A stretch of 64,000 bases of DNA from Mustelus asterias (taxonomy: Eukaryota): NCBI RefSeq assembly GCF_964213995.1, contig NC_135811.1:48918001-48982000 (forward strand). The letters run 5' to 3'. The notes beneath the pieces are model-generated. The model searched no databases. It was not told the DNA's origin and worked only from the letters and a program-made list of their open reading frames with translations. Of the stretch, positions 1 through 11,908 are shown in pieces. The position numbers and the translations under genes are program-made. How positions within the stretch are numbered: the first letter of the stretch is position 1; each line of letters begins with the position of its first letter.

Positions 1-840
1 TTCCGTACAGGTGCCATCCTCTCTTGAAGACTTCCCAATAATCTATGAATTGGAAACCCTCCCTCTTGCACCAGTCCTTTAGCCATGTGTTCAATTGTAG
101 AATCTCCCTGTTCCGAGCCTCACTTGCACGAGGCACTGGGAGCAGTCCAGAGATTGCGACCCTCGAGGCCTTATTTTTTAGCCTAGCACCCAACTGCCTG
201 AATTGCTCTCGTATGACCCCCCTGCTCTTTCTACCTACGTCATTTTCACCAATGTGTACAATTACATCTGTTTGATTACCTTCCCTTTTCAATATGCTTC
301 CTACCCTCTCGGAGACATCCAGTACCCCGGCACCAGGGAGGCAGACTACTATCCTGGAGTCTCGGTCGCGCCCGCAGAACCGCCTGTCCGTGCCTCTAAC
401 CATCGCATCCCCCACCACTATTTCTCTTCTAATCCCCTTCTGGGCCTCTGAGCCTGTCTCTGTGCAGGCGATCTGGTCCTCGTGGCTTACCCCTGGAGGG
501 TCATCCCCCTCCACAGAATCCAAAACAATATACCTATTTAGGAGGGCAACCACAGGGGATTCCTCCACTGACTGCTCACTCCCTTCCCCTCTCCCATCTG
601 TTGCCCAGCCCTTACTATTATGGGAGACTGCCACTGGGGTACTTTCTGGTACATTACCCTTATGACTTTTACCCTTCCTAACTGTGACCCACTTGTCTTC
701 CTTCTGAGGCCCCGGTGTGACTACCTGCTTATAACTTCTATCTATTATTTTCTCATTTTCCCTGACTAAACTGAGGTCATCGAGCCGCAGCTCCAGCTCC
801 CTTACACGGTCCCTCAGGAGTAGCAGTTCCATGCATCTGG
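1..840 (-). mobile_element. CR1-clade LINE, ORF1 region (coiled coil plus SGNH-esterase-like domain), 5'-truncated, runs off the window edge
   Basis: Reverse complement reads open from ~836 to 1: CMELLLLRDRVRELELRLDDL...IVVGDAMVRGTDRRFCGRDRDSRIVVCLPGAGVLDVSERV...VIVHIGENDVG...VAISGLLPVP...NTWLKDWCKREGFQFIDYW, typical of vertebrate CR1 ORF1. It is absent from the ORF track because there is no stop in the window. Confidence 0.85.
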
Positions 841-2490
841 AGGAGGGGGAGGTGCTGGAGCAGTGGGAGGTGCTGGAGGAGGGGGAGGTGCTGGAGGAGG
901 GGGAGGTGCTGGAGGAGGGGGAGGTACTGGAGGAGGGGGAGGTGCTGGAGGAGTGGGAGGTGCTGGAGGAGTGGGAGGTGCTGGAGGAGGGGGGAGGTGC
1001 TGGAGGAGTGGGAGGTGCTGGAGGAGGGGGGAGGTGCTGGAGGAGGGGGGAGGTGCTGGAGGAGGGGGAGGTGCTGGAGGAGGGGGGAGGTGCTGGAGGA
1101 GGGGGGAGGTGCTGGAGGAGTGGGAGGTGCTGGAGGAGTGGGAGGTGCTGGAGGAGGGGGAGGTGCTGGAGGAGTGGGAGGTGCTGGAGGAGGCGGAGGT
1201 GCTGGAGGAGGGGCGGAGGTGCTGGAAAAAGGGGGAGGTGCTGGAAACGGGGAGTGGTGCTGGAGGAGCGGGAAGGTGCTGGAGGAGGGGAAGGTGCTGG
1301 AGGATGGGGAGGTGCTGGAGGATGGGGAGGTGCTGGAGGATGGGGAGGTGCTGGAGGATGGGGAGGTGCTGGGGGAGGTGCTGGAGGAGGGGGGAGGTGC
1401 TGGAGGAGGGGGAGGTGCTGGAGGAGGCGGAGGTGATGGAGGAGGTGCTGGAGGAGGGGGGAGGTGCTGGAGGAGGGGGCAGGTGCTGGAGGAGGGGGGA
1501 GGTGCTGGAGGAGGGGGGTGCTGGAGGAGGGGGGGAGGTGCTGTAGGAGGGGGAGGTGCTGGAGGAGGGGAGGTGCTGGAGGAGGGGGGGAGGTGATGGA
1601 GGAGGTGCTGGAGGAGGGGGGGAGGTGCTGGAGGAGGGGGAAGTGCTGGAGGAGGGGGGGAGGTGCTGGAGGAGGGGGAGGTGCTGGAGGAGTGGGAGGT
1701 GCTGGAGGAGGCGGAGGTGCTGGAGGAGGGGTGGAGGTGCTGGAAAAAGGGGGAGGTGCTGGAGACCGGGAGTGGTGCTGGAGGAGCGGGAAGGTGCTGG
1801 AGGAGGGGAAGGTGCTGGAGGATGGGGAGGTGCTGGAGGATGGGGAGGTGCTGGAGGATGGGGAGGTGCTGGAGGATGGGGAGGTGCTGGAGGATGGGGA
1901 GGTGCTGGGGGAGGTGCTGGAGGAGGGGGGCGGTGCTGGAGGAGGGGGAGGTGCTGGAGGAGGCGGAGGTGATGGAGGAGGTGCTGGAGGAGGGGGGAGG
2001 TGCTGGAGGAGGGGGAGGTGCTGGAGGAGGGGAGGTGCTGGAGGAGGGGGGGAGGTGCTGGAGGAGGGGAGGTGCTGGAGGAGGGGAGGTGCTGGAGGAG
2101 GGGGGGAGGTGCTGGAGGAGGGGGAGGTGCTGGAGGAGGGGAGGTGCTGGAGGAGGGGGAGGTGCTGGAGGAGGGGAGGTGCTGGAGGAGGGGGGGAGGT
2201 GATGGAGGAGGGGGGGAGGTGATGGAGGAGGTGCTGGAGGAGGGGGGAGGTGCTGGAGGAGCGGGGGAGGTGCTGGAGGAGGGGGGAAGTGCTGGAGGAG
2301 GGGGAGGTGCTGGAGGAGGGGGAGGTGCTGGAGGAGGGGAGGTGCTGGAGGAGGGGGGAAAGGTGCTGGAGGAGGGGGGGATGCGATGGTGGAGGGGTGC
2401 TGGAGGAGGCATGGAGGTGCTGGTGGAGACTGGGAGGTGCTGGAGGAGGGAAGTGCTGGAGGAGGGGGGAGGTGCTGGAAGAATGGGAAG
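837..2490 (+). repeat. G-rich minisatellite, 17-20 bp unit GGAGGTGCTGGAGGAGGG(G), with a higher-order duplication
   Basis: Direct tandem repeats. The variant block containing GCTGGAAAAAGGGGG...GGGAGTGGTGCTGGAGGAGCGGGAAGG...(GGATGGGGAGGTGCTGGA)n occurs near 1190-1450 and again near 1710-1990. Confidence 0.97.
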
Positions 2491-2805
2491 CTATTGGCGG
2501 AGCTATGGGGGCTCTATAGAAGACCAGTGATTGTTGGTGGCAAAGGAGAGATTGACTAAGATGCCGTGGGCAATAAGACAAAGGGACTGTAAATGGTGGT
2601 GATCGTGGCGAAGAAGGGTAAGAAGATCGTGGCACATTAAGAGATCAGAAGGTGTAAATGGCAGTGGGATCTTGCACTGTGCAAATTGACCGCTGGATTT
2701 AAAAACAATTCATTCAGCATGAAGTACTTCAGCATTTGTGATAAGCGCTATATAAATGCAACCTCGTTGTTCCGAATCACGTTCGGCAGATTAATTTGAG
2801 ATATG

Positions 2806-2931
2806 GGGTGAATTTTCCCAGCCCGCTCGTCGCGGGAATCGGAGCGGGCGAGGGGCGGACCATGGAAAGATCTGTTGACCTTGGGTGGGATTTTCCGGTT
2901 TCGGGGTGAGCGTGGCTGTAAAATGCCGCCC
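2806..2931. mobile_element. Short (~125 bp) PIF/Harbinger-type MITE
   Basis: Ends GGGGTGAATTTT...AAAATGCCGCCC. Related copies lie at ~5885-6012, ~9840-9972, ~28782-28905 and ~32146-32290. Confidence 0.65.
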
Positions 2932-4081
2932 ATAGTGATTTATATCGGCAAATAGGCAAACTTTACCGACAGCAGCGAGCCCTCTTCAATTCTCATTAAA
3001 AGTCAAATGAAGCGATGCATTCAGGAATTAAGATCAAATCACCACCAGAGCTCAAACTGGCTTCCGACACATAGTTAAACTTAACTTTTGGGAGCAGTCT
3101 GTGTAGCCAGGTGTTGGGGCACAGCCTGTGCAAGTCAAGAATGGTTAGGCGTGTGTTGCGAAGAAGGTTCAGTTCTTTGCTCGAGTTCTGTGCACAGATG
3201 AGTCATTGGTTGGAGTTGCTAAGGATTGCGATGAAAAGACTGCTGCTACTTGTCTTTGGAAAATGCTGGAATTGCGTTCCAAAATGCCAAGCAGAATGTC
3301 AGCGAGCTACACTGATTGGAAAATCGCAGGTGACAGAACTGGAATTGCTCCCTGTAGGCCATTGAAATAGTTTCAACAGTTAGGAACCCCACCCTCTCCC
3401 CCAGGCCAAAATAATAATTACCAAACTTGTCAAGCAACTTTAAAGAGATGCCACATTTGCATTTTATGGATGCCATAGGGCAGTGTCTACCGTTAGCTAT
3501 TTATCAAGGCATGGGTGTCATTTGCCAATGCGTGGCAGGAATGAGAATGATGCATGGGTGTGGTTAGATTGAATGGGGATGACTTTACCAGCAAAGGTTG
3601 TAGCTTGATGACCTGATCGGCCCTGCGACATAATTGGAATAAACGTCAAGGGGAGTCCAGCACTCACTGCAATCTGACAATGGAACCATAGTGGGAGGAG
3701 CTGGCTGGACAGGGGAGGCCAAGGTAAGTTGTAAGCAGTGACTTTTTAATAGATGCCAACATCTGATTTGGTTTACCTGCTGTCACGGAGCATTGCTGTG
3801 ACAGCTCCAATATCTTTCAGTTTTCAGACACGTTCCTTTCCATTAGGTTGTAGTCCATTTCCGGATTGTTTATCCCCGTTCCTCCAGATTAAACTTCATC
3901 TGCCAAATTCCCCAAAATATTGAAGTCCTCCTGTAGCTGATCCAGTGATTGCTATCACTTACCAATCCGCTGTTTCCGTTGGAACTAGGTCACTTTCTGA
4001 ACTGTGGTGTCACCTCTGAAAGCCACTGTGGGTGGCTCAGATGGTCCCCACTGCAAGGCCACCACTCGCCTTTCTGAGGGA

Positions 4082-4392
4082 AGTTAAAAGTTAAAGTTTA
4101 TTTATTAGTGTCACAAGTAGGCTTACATTAACACTGCAATGAAGTTACTGTGAAAATCCCCCAGTCGCCACACTCCGGTGCCTGTTTGGGTACGCTGAGG
4201 GAGAATTTAGCATTGGCCAATCCACCTAACCAGCACGTCTTTCGGACTGTGGGAGGAAACTGGAGCACCCGCAAGAAACCCACGCAGACAAGGGGAGAAC
4301 GTGCAGACTCTGCACAGACAGTGACCCAAGCTGGGAATCGAACCTGGGTCCCTTGCACTGTGAGACAGCAGTGCTAACCACCATGCCACCAC
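4082..4392 (-). mobile_element. HE1-like tRNA-derived V-SINE (tail type B)
   Basis: Head GTGGCATGGTGGTTAGCACTGCTG..GGTTCGATTCC, V-domain GGGTTTC...CCCACAGTCC, tail CACAGTAACTTCATTGCAGTGTTAATGTAAGCCTACTTGTGACACTAATAAATAAAC. Confidence 0.9.
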
Positions 4393-4689
4393 AAATACTC
4401 CTGAAATACTCCTGTCGGGGTGGGAGATGCTAGCAGGCCTGGAGAATTCAGTCCCGGGCCCGCTAATCAGATTTAAATTACATTAAAAATAGATTTAGAT
4501 CACTTACCTGGTGTTCCCGCCGGTTTCCATTGGATTCTAAAGAATTAGTGCAGCGGAATGGGAGAATGACCCCAAAGTTTTTAGAAATTGGCCACCTTTT
4601 TAAAGGAACACCCCCCCCCCCCCCCGACACAGATAAAAGGAAAGAAATTGAGACTGTGGCCAGAAGTTTGGCAGCTGTAAAATCAATGG

Positions 4690-5010
4690 GCTGCACGATG
4701 GCACATTGGTTAGCAATGCTGCCTCACAACGCCAGGGACTGGGGTTCAATTCCAGCCTTGGGTGTCTGTGTGGAGTTCGTAAGTTCTCCCCATGTCTGCG
4801 TGGGTTTCCTCTGGGTGCCCTGCTTTCCTCCCACACTCCAAAGATGTGTAGGTTAGGTTGATTGACCGTGCTAAATTGCCCCCTTAGAGTCAGGTGGATT
4901 AGCAACGTAAATACATGGGGTTACGGGATTATGTCCTGGGTAGGTTTGTTGTCGGTGCAAGCTCGATGGGGCTGAATGGCCTCCTCCAGCACTGTAGGGA
5001 TTCTAGGATC
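4690..5010 (+). mobile_element. HE1-like V-SINE (tail type A, CR1/HER1-like 3' end)
   Basis: Same head and core; tail GATGGGGCTGAATGGCCTCCTCCAGCACTGTAGGGATTCTA. Confidence 0.88.
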
Positions 5011-5884
5011 AGAAAACAAAGTGTGATACTTAACCTCCCACTTTCACGCAGTTGTTTGCTGCATTCAAACTGGGTTGGAAGAATTTTGAAGATCACATTA
5101 AGTTCAGCAACTTTCAGTCATGCACTTATTTCACTTGAAAAAGGTGTTGGGTTACTCAAATATTCAACATGGGTGGAATTGGAGAGATTTGAAAGGTAAA
5201 ATGCTGGTACAAATGGGTAGAGTTCTTCGCTGTGCAGGTTCAGGCGAGTTATAGCAGCTTTTGACCAGCCGACCTGGCATTCCTTAAAGGTCCAAGAAAT
5301 TTGGAATTTTATTCTTGTGGTCGCAGAGTTCTTTCCGAACCTACATACATAAAAAGCTTCTATCGCCACGTGGACCCTGCTGATTTAAGATGTTGCCTGC
5401 TTCACCTTGAATTCCGGGAAGAGATGTGATTTCTTTATTGTTTGCCTGTTTCGCTAAGGATGATATCATCGTTATCTGTAAAAGCCATTCTTGTTTATTT
5501 ATAAATCTATATACATCTCAGTATCCTCCATGGGTTTGTACTTTGCTTCCCTCCAGATCTTGGTTACTTATTCCATTATAGTTACTTTACTGGTAACATC
5601 AGTATTGGGTGCTGTTGTTTAACCCTTTACTCTTCATCTCCCCACCATGCTTCTATCCCATTGAAATACATCCTCCTGCATCTCTGCCAGAATCTTAGAC
5701 TTTGCGGGGTTAGTCTTTGAGGTGCCTTGACCAATCTCTCCGATCTGATCCTGATTTCATTTTGAGCCTGGGAATCAACTGGACTTTCTCGTCTTGCGAT
5801 TGGGTTGTCTTCCATCTGCGTAGTTGTAGAGTTTCTATTTGATTTTGGTTCCCTGTGTCCATCAAGACCTGGTAAAAAGTCTAA

Positions 5885-6012
5885 GGGTGGGATCTTCTGG
5901 CCACACTTGCCCCAAGGTCGGAAAAACTTGCCCTGAGGTCAATGGACCTTTGTATGGTCCATGTCCCGCCCGCTACAATTCCTGTGGCGGGCGGAATGGT
6001 AAAATTCCACCC
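5885..6012. mobile_element. Short PIF/Harbinger-type MITE with TAA target duplication
   Basis: TAA|GGGTGGGATCTT...AAAATTCCACCC|TAA. Confidence 0.75.
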
Positions 6013-6144
6013 TAAGTCTCAATTACTTTCCTTCCAAATGATATCAGGGCTTTTTGCTCCCTTCTCATTTTTCCTTGGTCCCTTTTGATTCTATATGATC
6101 TCAGCTATGGAGATCTTGCTATTACTGTGTCTTCATTCTATTGA

Positions 6145-6446
6145 TCTGGGAACATGAGTTCGAATCCCACCACGGCAGCTGGTGGAATTTGAATTCAATA
6201 AAATGTATCTGGAATTAAGAATCTACCGATGACCATGAAACCATTGTCGATTGTCAGAAAAACCCATCTGGTTCACTAATGTCCCTTAGAGAAGAAAATC
6301 TGCCGGCCTTACCTGATCTGGCCTACATATGATTCCTGAGCCACAGCAATTTGTGGTAGACTCTCAACTGCGCTTGCGCAACTAGGGGTGGGCAATAAAT
6401 GTTGGCCAGCCAGCGACACCCATGTCTCACGAATGAATAAAAATAA
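6145..6446 (+). mobile_element. Shark SINE (SacSINE-like) with LINE-derived tail
   Basis: B-box GAGTTCGAATCCC, core AAACCCATCTGGTTCACTAATGTCC, tail GGGCAATAAATGTTGGCCAGCCAGCGACACCCATGTC..AATGAATAAAAA. Related pieces at ~33400-33980, ~31730-31800 and ~58518-58782. Confidence 0.7.
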
Positions 6447-6805
6447 ATTTCCAGTCCACATTCTTTCCCTGGGCTGTAGCACTTTGAAGACTTGTTTCCT
6501 GTACCTGGAGTTGAAATTTCGAGCGCGCCGTCTCTTTGTTGCTCTTTCTGACTCTCATGACCATCTGAGGTAATGTTCTGTTGTGGGTTTGGTTGTAGAA
6601 CTGGAAGTTGTGTTCACATCCATTTTCCCATCAATAGTTCTGATGATGTGAACCTGTGTTTTAGTGCTTTATTTAAATGTGCATACATTATTCGTATCAA
6701 TTTTGCCTGACGAAGCTATTTTGTTAATGTATTATGTATAATCCAGCCCACGGTTTTATTTTTTATTGACTCTTCATACTTGCATGATCTAAGTCGCAGC
6801 AGAGA

Positions 6806-7060
6806 CACGGCGGCACAGTGGTTAGCACTGCTGCCTCACAGAGCCAGGAACCTGGGTTCAATTTTTTGGATCGCTGTCTGTGTGGAGTTTGCACCCACAG
6901 TCCAAAGATGTGCAGATTAGGTGGATTGGCCATGCTAAATTCTCCTTCAGTGTACCCAAACAGTCGTTGGAGTATGGCGACTAGGGGATTTTCACAGTAA
7001 CTTCATTGCAGTGTGAATGTAAGCCTACTTGTGACACTAATAAATAAACTTTACTTTAAT
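6806..7060 (+). mobile_element. HE1-like V-SINE (type B, internally deleted)
   Basis: Head CACGGCGGCACAGTGGTTAGCACTGCTGCCTCACAG and type B tail. Confidence 0.88.
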
Positions 7061-7807
7061 TCCTTGATTATTCAAACTCCTCTTTCTGCTTCTCCACTCA
7101 ACTGAGGCTATCTAGACGAACAAGTCACATACCATGCTCCTATACAAAGTAGTAGCACAGCTGGTTAGCAACCTGAGGACCGTTGAGAGACATCGCAACA
7201 TCTGGATGGCATGTGTGGTGAAGATTCTTTTTAGTGATGTAATGACTGCCTCCATCATGGTGCTATATCAGTCCATTCACTTCACATCTGGGGCAGAAAT
7301 CGATATCAATGATGAAAACTGTGCCTTTAACTTCAATTAAATCCAATTCCAGGCACTGCCATGGCCTCAGAGGCAAAGTGGAGGATGCAGTGATCTGTCC
7401 TGCCGTTGGCTATTCAATGTACATGCATGGCAAATTAACTCAAGATTAGCTCTTCAATGGGATAGCTAATGCTTGGCCACCAGGTTGGCTGCTGGGCTCT
7501 TGCTCAGCATTTAAACTTAAAGTTTATTTATTAGTCACATGTAGGCTTATATTAACACTGCAATTTAGTTACTGTGCAATTCCCCTCGTCGCCAAAGTCC
7601 AGCGCCTGTTCGGGTCAATGCACTTAACCAGCACGTCTTTCAGAATTTCACTCTCCCCTTGTGACCTTGCTGGATTTTCTGGAGAATTTCAGGTTAAATT
7701 ATTTTTAAGGATGATTAGCCTGTCGTTTTTGAGATCGTTTCTCTGTTTGAAGTATTAGGTTGTTATGAGTATAATCCAGTCATCCATTCTGGTAATACTT
7801 AAGATGC

Positions 7808-8110
7808 TACGGTGGCACAATGATTAGCATTGCTGCCTCACAATGCCAGGGACTCGGATTCAATTCCCAGCTTGGGCCACTGTCTGTGTGGAGTTTGCAC
7901 CTTCTCCCCGTGTCTGGGTGGGTTTCCTCTGGGTGCTCTGGTTTCCTCCCACAATCCGAAAGGCGTGTGCTGGTTAGGTGAATTGGCCATACTAAATTCT
8001 CCCTCAGTGTACCCGAAAAGGCGTCGGAGTGTGGGGACTAGGGGATTTTCACAGTAGCTTCATTGTAGTGTGAATGTAAGACTATTTTTGACACTAATCA
8101 ATAATCTAAA
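7808..8110 (+). mobile_element. HE1-like V-SINE (type B)
   Basis: Head, core and type B tail as in the other copies. Confidence 0.88.
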
Positions 8111-9356
8111 TTCAAACTATGCATTAGCCATGCTGCTGTTGTGGTTGCTTTATCTCCTGTAATCTCTTTTCCGTGTCTGATATTTCTTTAGTAATGAGCG
8201 AAGTATGCACTTCCACATCCTCAGTGAAATTAATATCTTCCAGTTAGATTCCCTCCACTGGTCTTCTTGATAATACATCTGTTTTCACCTGATACTTCCC
8301 TTGACTGTACTTGCTAACTCAATCGTACCTCAAGAGTCTCAGTAAGCCATTGAATTCTGGGCAGCACTTTTGCAATTTCCTTTAGATTAAAAAGAGCAAC
8401 CAAAGATTTACAGACAGTTTCAACTTGAAACCTTAATCCCATCACATAACCAGAGAACTGCTCAAAGGCCCATCTGGCTGCTAATGCTTCTTTCTCAGTG
8501 AGCTGTACACCTATTCTCTGCCCATGAGAGGTCTTGTCCATCTTTTTGCACTTGAAACAGCACCAAGCCCAAATATGTAGGTGATATACAATTTTAAGAA
8601 GTTGTATAAAAAGTGTTATAATGACCAAAATGAGACGGTATAGCTTTATGAAATTTTGATGTTATTTGCCTTTGATTACGACCAACCCACAGCTTGAAGG
8701 ATAAAACGCAGGGAAATAGTTGGGGAGCAGGAATGGTGAGTCAGGAGGAGCTGGCTGGAGAGCTAATCACTGATATTGTCTTGTTCGTTGCAGCTTTGAA
8801 ACACGCAATTGCCATGGGCGAATAAATGTTATTCAGTGTGCTTAGCTATCTACTGGATCCTGAGCCTGCTTCAGCTTGTTGCAAATAATAACCTTTTGGC
8901 AGATATTGAGAGAATAAACTTTGTGTGTACTGCACTAACTTGGGGCCATTTGCAAATTTGAGATCTTGCTGGAGTTGGATTTGTATAAAAGGTAGATGAG
9001 GAAATATGGGGGATTAAACAATCTGTTTAAAATTCCTACTTTATTATTAAGGTCTTTTGATCTGGTCTTTGGTAAAATGACATTTTTTGAATCTTTTGCA
9101 GCAATACGGAGAGGCATTTTAGAAAATTGCAAGAAATTTGTCTCATTTTTAATCATGCCTGTGTGACTTTTGCCCAAACCCATCCTGTGTGTTTTATTTT
9201 TTTACAGATGGTTAATGCAAATCATTTACAAGAGCACATTCCAGGCCTCTATGTGCGGTCGTTCTGAACTGACCTCTGCTGGACTGAAGAGCAGATTTGT
9301 CACTCTATTCGAACCGGGGAGTAGTGCGAATCTCGAGAAGCAGTGGAGCCACTGCG

Positions 9357-9466
9357 ATGCCTCGGCACTCAAACGTTCCACTAATGGAAGCCCCAGATGG
9401 AGGATGGGGCTGGATGATTGTGATCAGCTGCTTCCTAGTGACTGTTTGCACGAGGGCCGTGTCCAG
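9357..9466 (+). CDS. SLC16A12: SLC16A12/MCT12 coding exon 1
   Basis: [37 protein letters not shown] matches the MCT12 N-terminus ([25 protein letters not shown]). In-frame TGA upstream at 9285. Acceptor TTTTTACAG ends at 9207; donor AG|GTTTGT at 9466/9467. Confidence 0.92.
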
Positions 9467-10114
9467 GTTTGTCACTCCAACCCTTCGTGATCACCATACT
9501 CTGCTCAGATTAAGCATCAGCTTTGCCTTGAGCTTGGCAGCCTTTTGATTGATCTGTCACCTGCATTGATGTTCACTGTTGCATTTGCGACATTTGTTTG
9601 TATGTTAGGTGCACGTTTTAAACATTCTTCCTCTCATCTTGTCTGCACGCTGTTCCCGGTCCTCGAATAGTACAGCAGGTGCCGAGCTCCGAGGCATTCG
9701 TCACTGTTGCTCCTCAATGTGTTGACTCAATACCTGCCTTTTATTCCTTCAGTCAAGCAGACAGAATGCATATCGTCTGGTTCAATTGTGAGTTCATGGT
9801 ACGGGGAACCATGATCCAATCCTGCTAAGGAGTAGTGGCCGGAATGTTACCACCGTTCACGCCGGTGGGATTTTCCTATCCCGCTTCGGTGGATGGAGAT
9901 TTGGCTGGGTGCCAACTTCTCCGACCTCGCTGCTGTATGACCGTGGCATGAATGGCCGGTAAGATCACGCCCAGTGTGACAAAATCCAGGGAGATATTCC
10001 AAGAATGTCTTTGAGTTCTGGAACACTTGGAGCAGGGCTCCAGAACACTGGAAATAATGGTTACAGATTTTATAGTATCGTTTCTGCTTAACCAGTATAA
10101 ACTGGTTATCTTGT

Positions 10115-11510
10115 CTTACTGTGCTTACCCCAGTCCAATGCCGGCATCTCCACATCATGGCTAACCAGTATAAACAGAGTAAGGAGTCTAACAACACCAG
10201 GTTAAAGTCCAACAGGTTTATTTGGTAGCAAACGCCACTAGCTTTCGGAGCGCTGCTCCTTCGTCAGATGGAGTGGGAGATCTGCTCATAAACAGCAAAC
10301 AGGGCATATAAAGACACAAACTCAATTTACAGAATAATGAATAATGATTGGAATGCGAGTCTTTACAACTAATGAAGTCTTAAAGGTACAGACAATGTGA
10401 GTGGAGAGAGCATTAGCACAGGTTAAAGAGATGTGTATTGTCTCCAGACAGGACAGCCAGTGAGACTTTGCAAGTCCAGGCAAGTTGTGGGGGTTACAGA
10501 TAGTGTGACATGAACCCAAGGTCCCGGTTGAGGCCGTCCTCATGTGTGCGGAACTTGGCTATCAGTCTCTGCACAGCGACTCTGCGCTGTCGTGTGTCGT
10601 GAAGGCCGCCTTGGAGAACGCTTACCCGAATATCAGAGGCCGAATGCCCGTGATCGCTGAAGTGCTCCCCAACAGGAAGAGAACAGTCATGCCTGGTGAT
10701 TGTCGAGCGGTGTTCATTCATCCGTTGTCGCAGCGTCTGCATGGTTTCCCCAATGTACCATGCCTCGGGACATCCTTTCCTGCAGCATATCAGGTGGACA
10801 ATGTTGGCCGAGTTGCAAGAGCATGTACGGTGTACCTGGTGGATGGTGTTCTCACGTGAGATGATGGCATCCGTGTCGATGATCCGGCACGTCTTGCAGC
10901 GGTTGCTGTGGCAGGATTGTGTGGTGTCGTGGTCACTGTTCTCCTGAAGGCTGGGTAGTTTGTTGGGGAGCTCCCCTGTTGGGGAGCACTTCAGCGGTCC
11001 TGGGTGTTCGGCCTTTGATATTCGGGTAAGCATTCTCCAAGGTGGCCTTCACGATACACGACAGCGCAGAGTTGCTGAGCAGAGACGGATAGCCAGGTTC
11101 TGCACACATGAGGACGGCCTCAACCGGGACCTTGGGTTCATGTCACACTATCGGTAACCCCCACAACTTGCCTGGACTTGCAAAGTCTCACTGGCTGTCC
11201 TGTCTGGAGACAATACACATCTCTTTAACCTGTGCTAATGCTCTCTCCACTCACATTGTCTGTACCTTTAAGACTTGATTAGTTGTAAAGACTCGCATTC
11301 CAATCATTATTCATTATTCTGTAAATTGAGTTTGTGTCTTTATATGCCCTGTTTGCTGTTTATGAGCAGATCTCCCACTCACCTGACGAAGGAGCAGCGC
11401 TCCGAGAGCTAGTGGAGTTTGCTACCAAATAAACCTGTTGGACTTTAACCTGGTGTTGTTAGACTCCTTACTGTGTTTACCCCAGTCCAACGCCGGCATC
11501 TCCACATCAT
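10115..11510 (-). mobile_element. Penelope-like retroelement, 5'-truncated, GIY-YIG endonuclease domain, with an inverted copy of its 3' end
   Basis: ORF 10494-11033(-): CHSNRCKTC...CSCNSANIVHLICCRKGCPEAWYIGETMQTLRQRMNEH...PVGEHF...GLNRD. Region ~10175-10680 is mirrored at ~10972-11474. Flanking repeat AACCAGTATAA. Confidence 0.92.
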
Positions 11511-11804
11511 AACCAGTATAAGTCCAGGGTTACTCTTTAAAATTATGTGATTTTTTGAAACCTCAGTGAACAATGGTTTCATGGTCATCAGAATTTTTTT
11601 TCTTGAATTCAACTTCTACCATCTGCCGTGGTTGGGATTTGAACCCGGGTCACCAGAACATTAGTTGAGTTTCTGGATTAGTAGTCTAGTGGTAATACCA
11701 CCAGGCCAGCGTCTCCTTCCAGCTGTGATATCTGTGGTGGATTTTGAACCCTTTTCTCTTTTTACCTCACCTAACTGCTTTCACGTATTTTTTCAAATTT
11801 CTAG

Positions 11805-11908
11805 ATGCTTCTCCATATTTTTTGTGGAGTTCCAGAATTACTTTGCTCAGGATTACGCCATGACGGCATGGATACACTCCACTGTCGACTGCACTACAAT
11901 GGTCTTCG
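11805..11908 (+). CDS. SLC16A12: SLC16A12 coding exon 2
   Basis: TTTCTAG|A; [34 protein letters not shown]; G|GTGAGT; splice phases are consistent. Confidence 0.95.

Noticed and set aside
814-2530. Long Pro-, Gly- and Glu-rich ORFs in several frames
   Set aside because: They are artefacts of a stop-poor minisatellite, with no splice or domain evidence
10494-11033. GIY-YIG ORF as a homing endonuclease or horizontally acquired nuclease
   Set aside because: The Cys-rich motif and GLN C-terminus are PLE-type. The apparent N-terminus is produced by the inversion junction.
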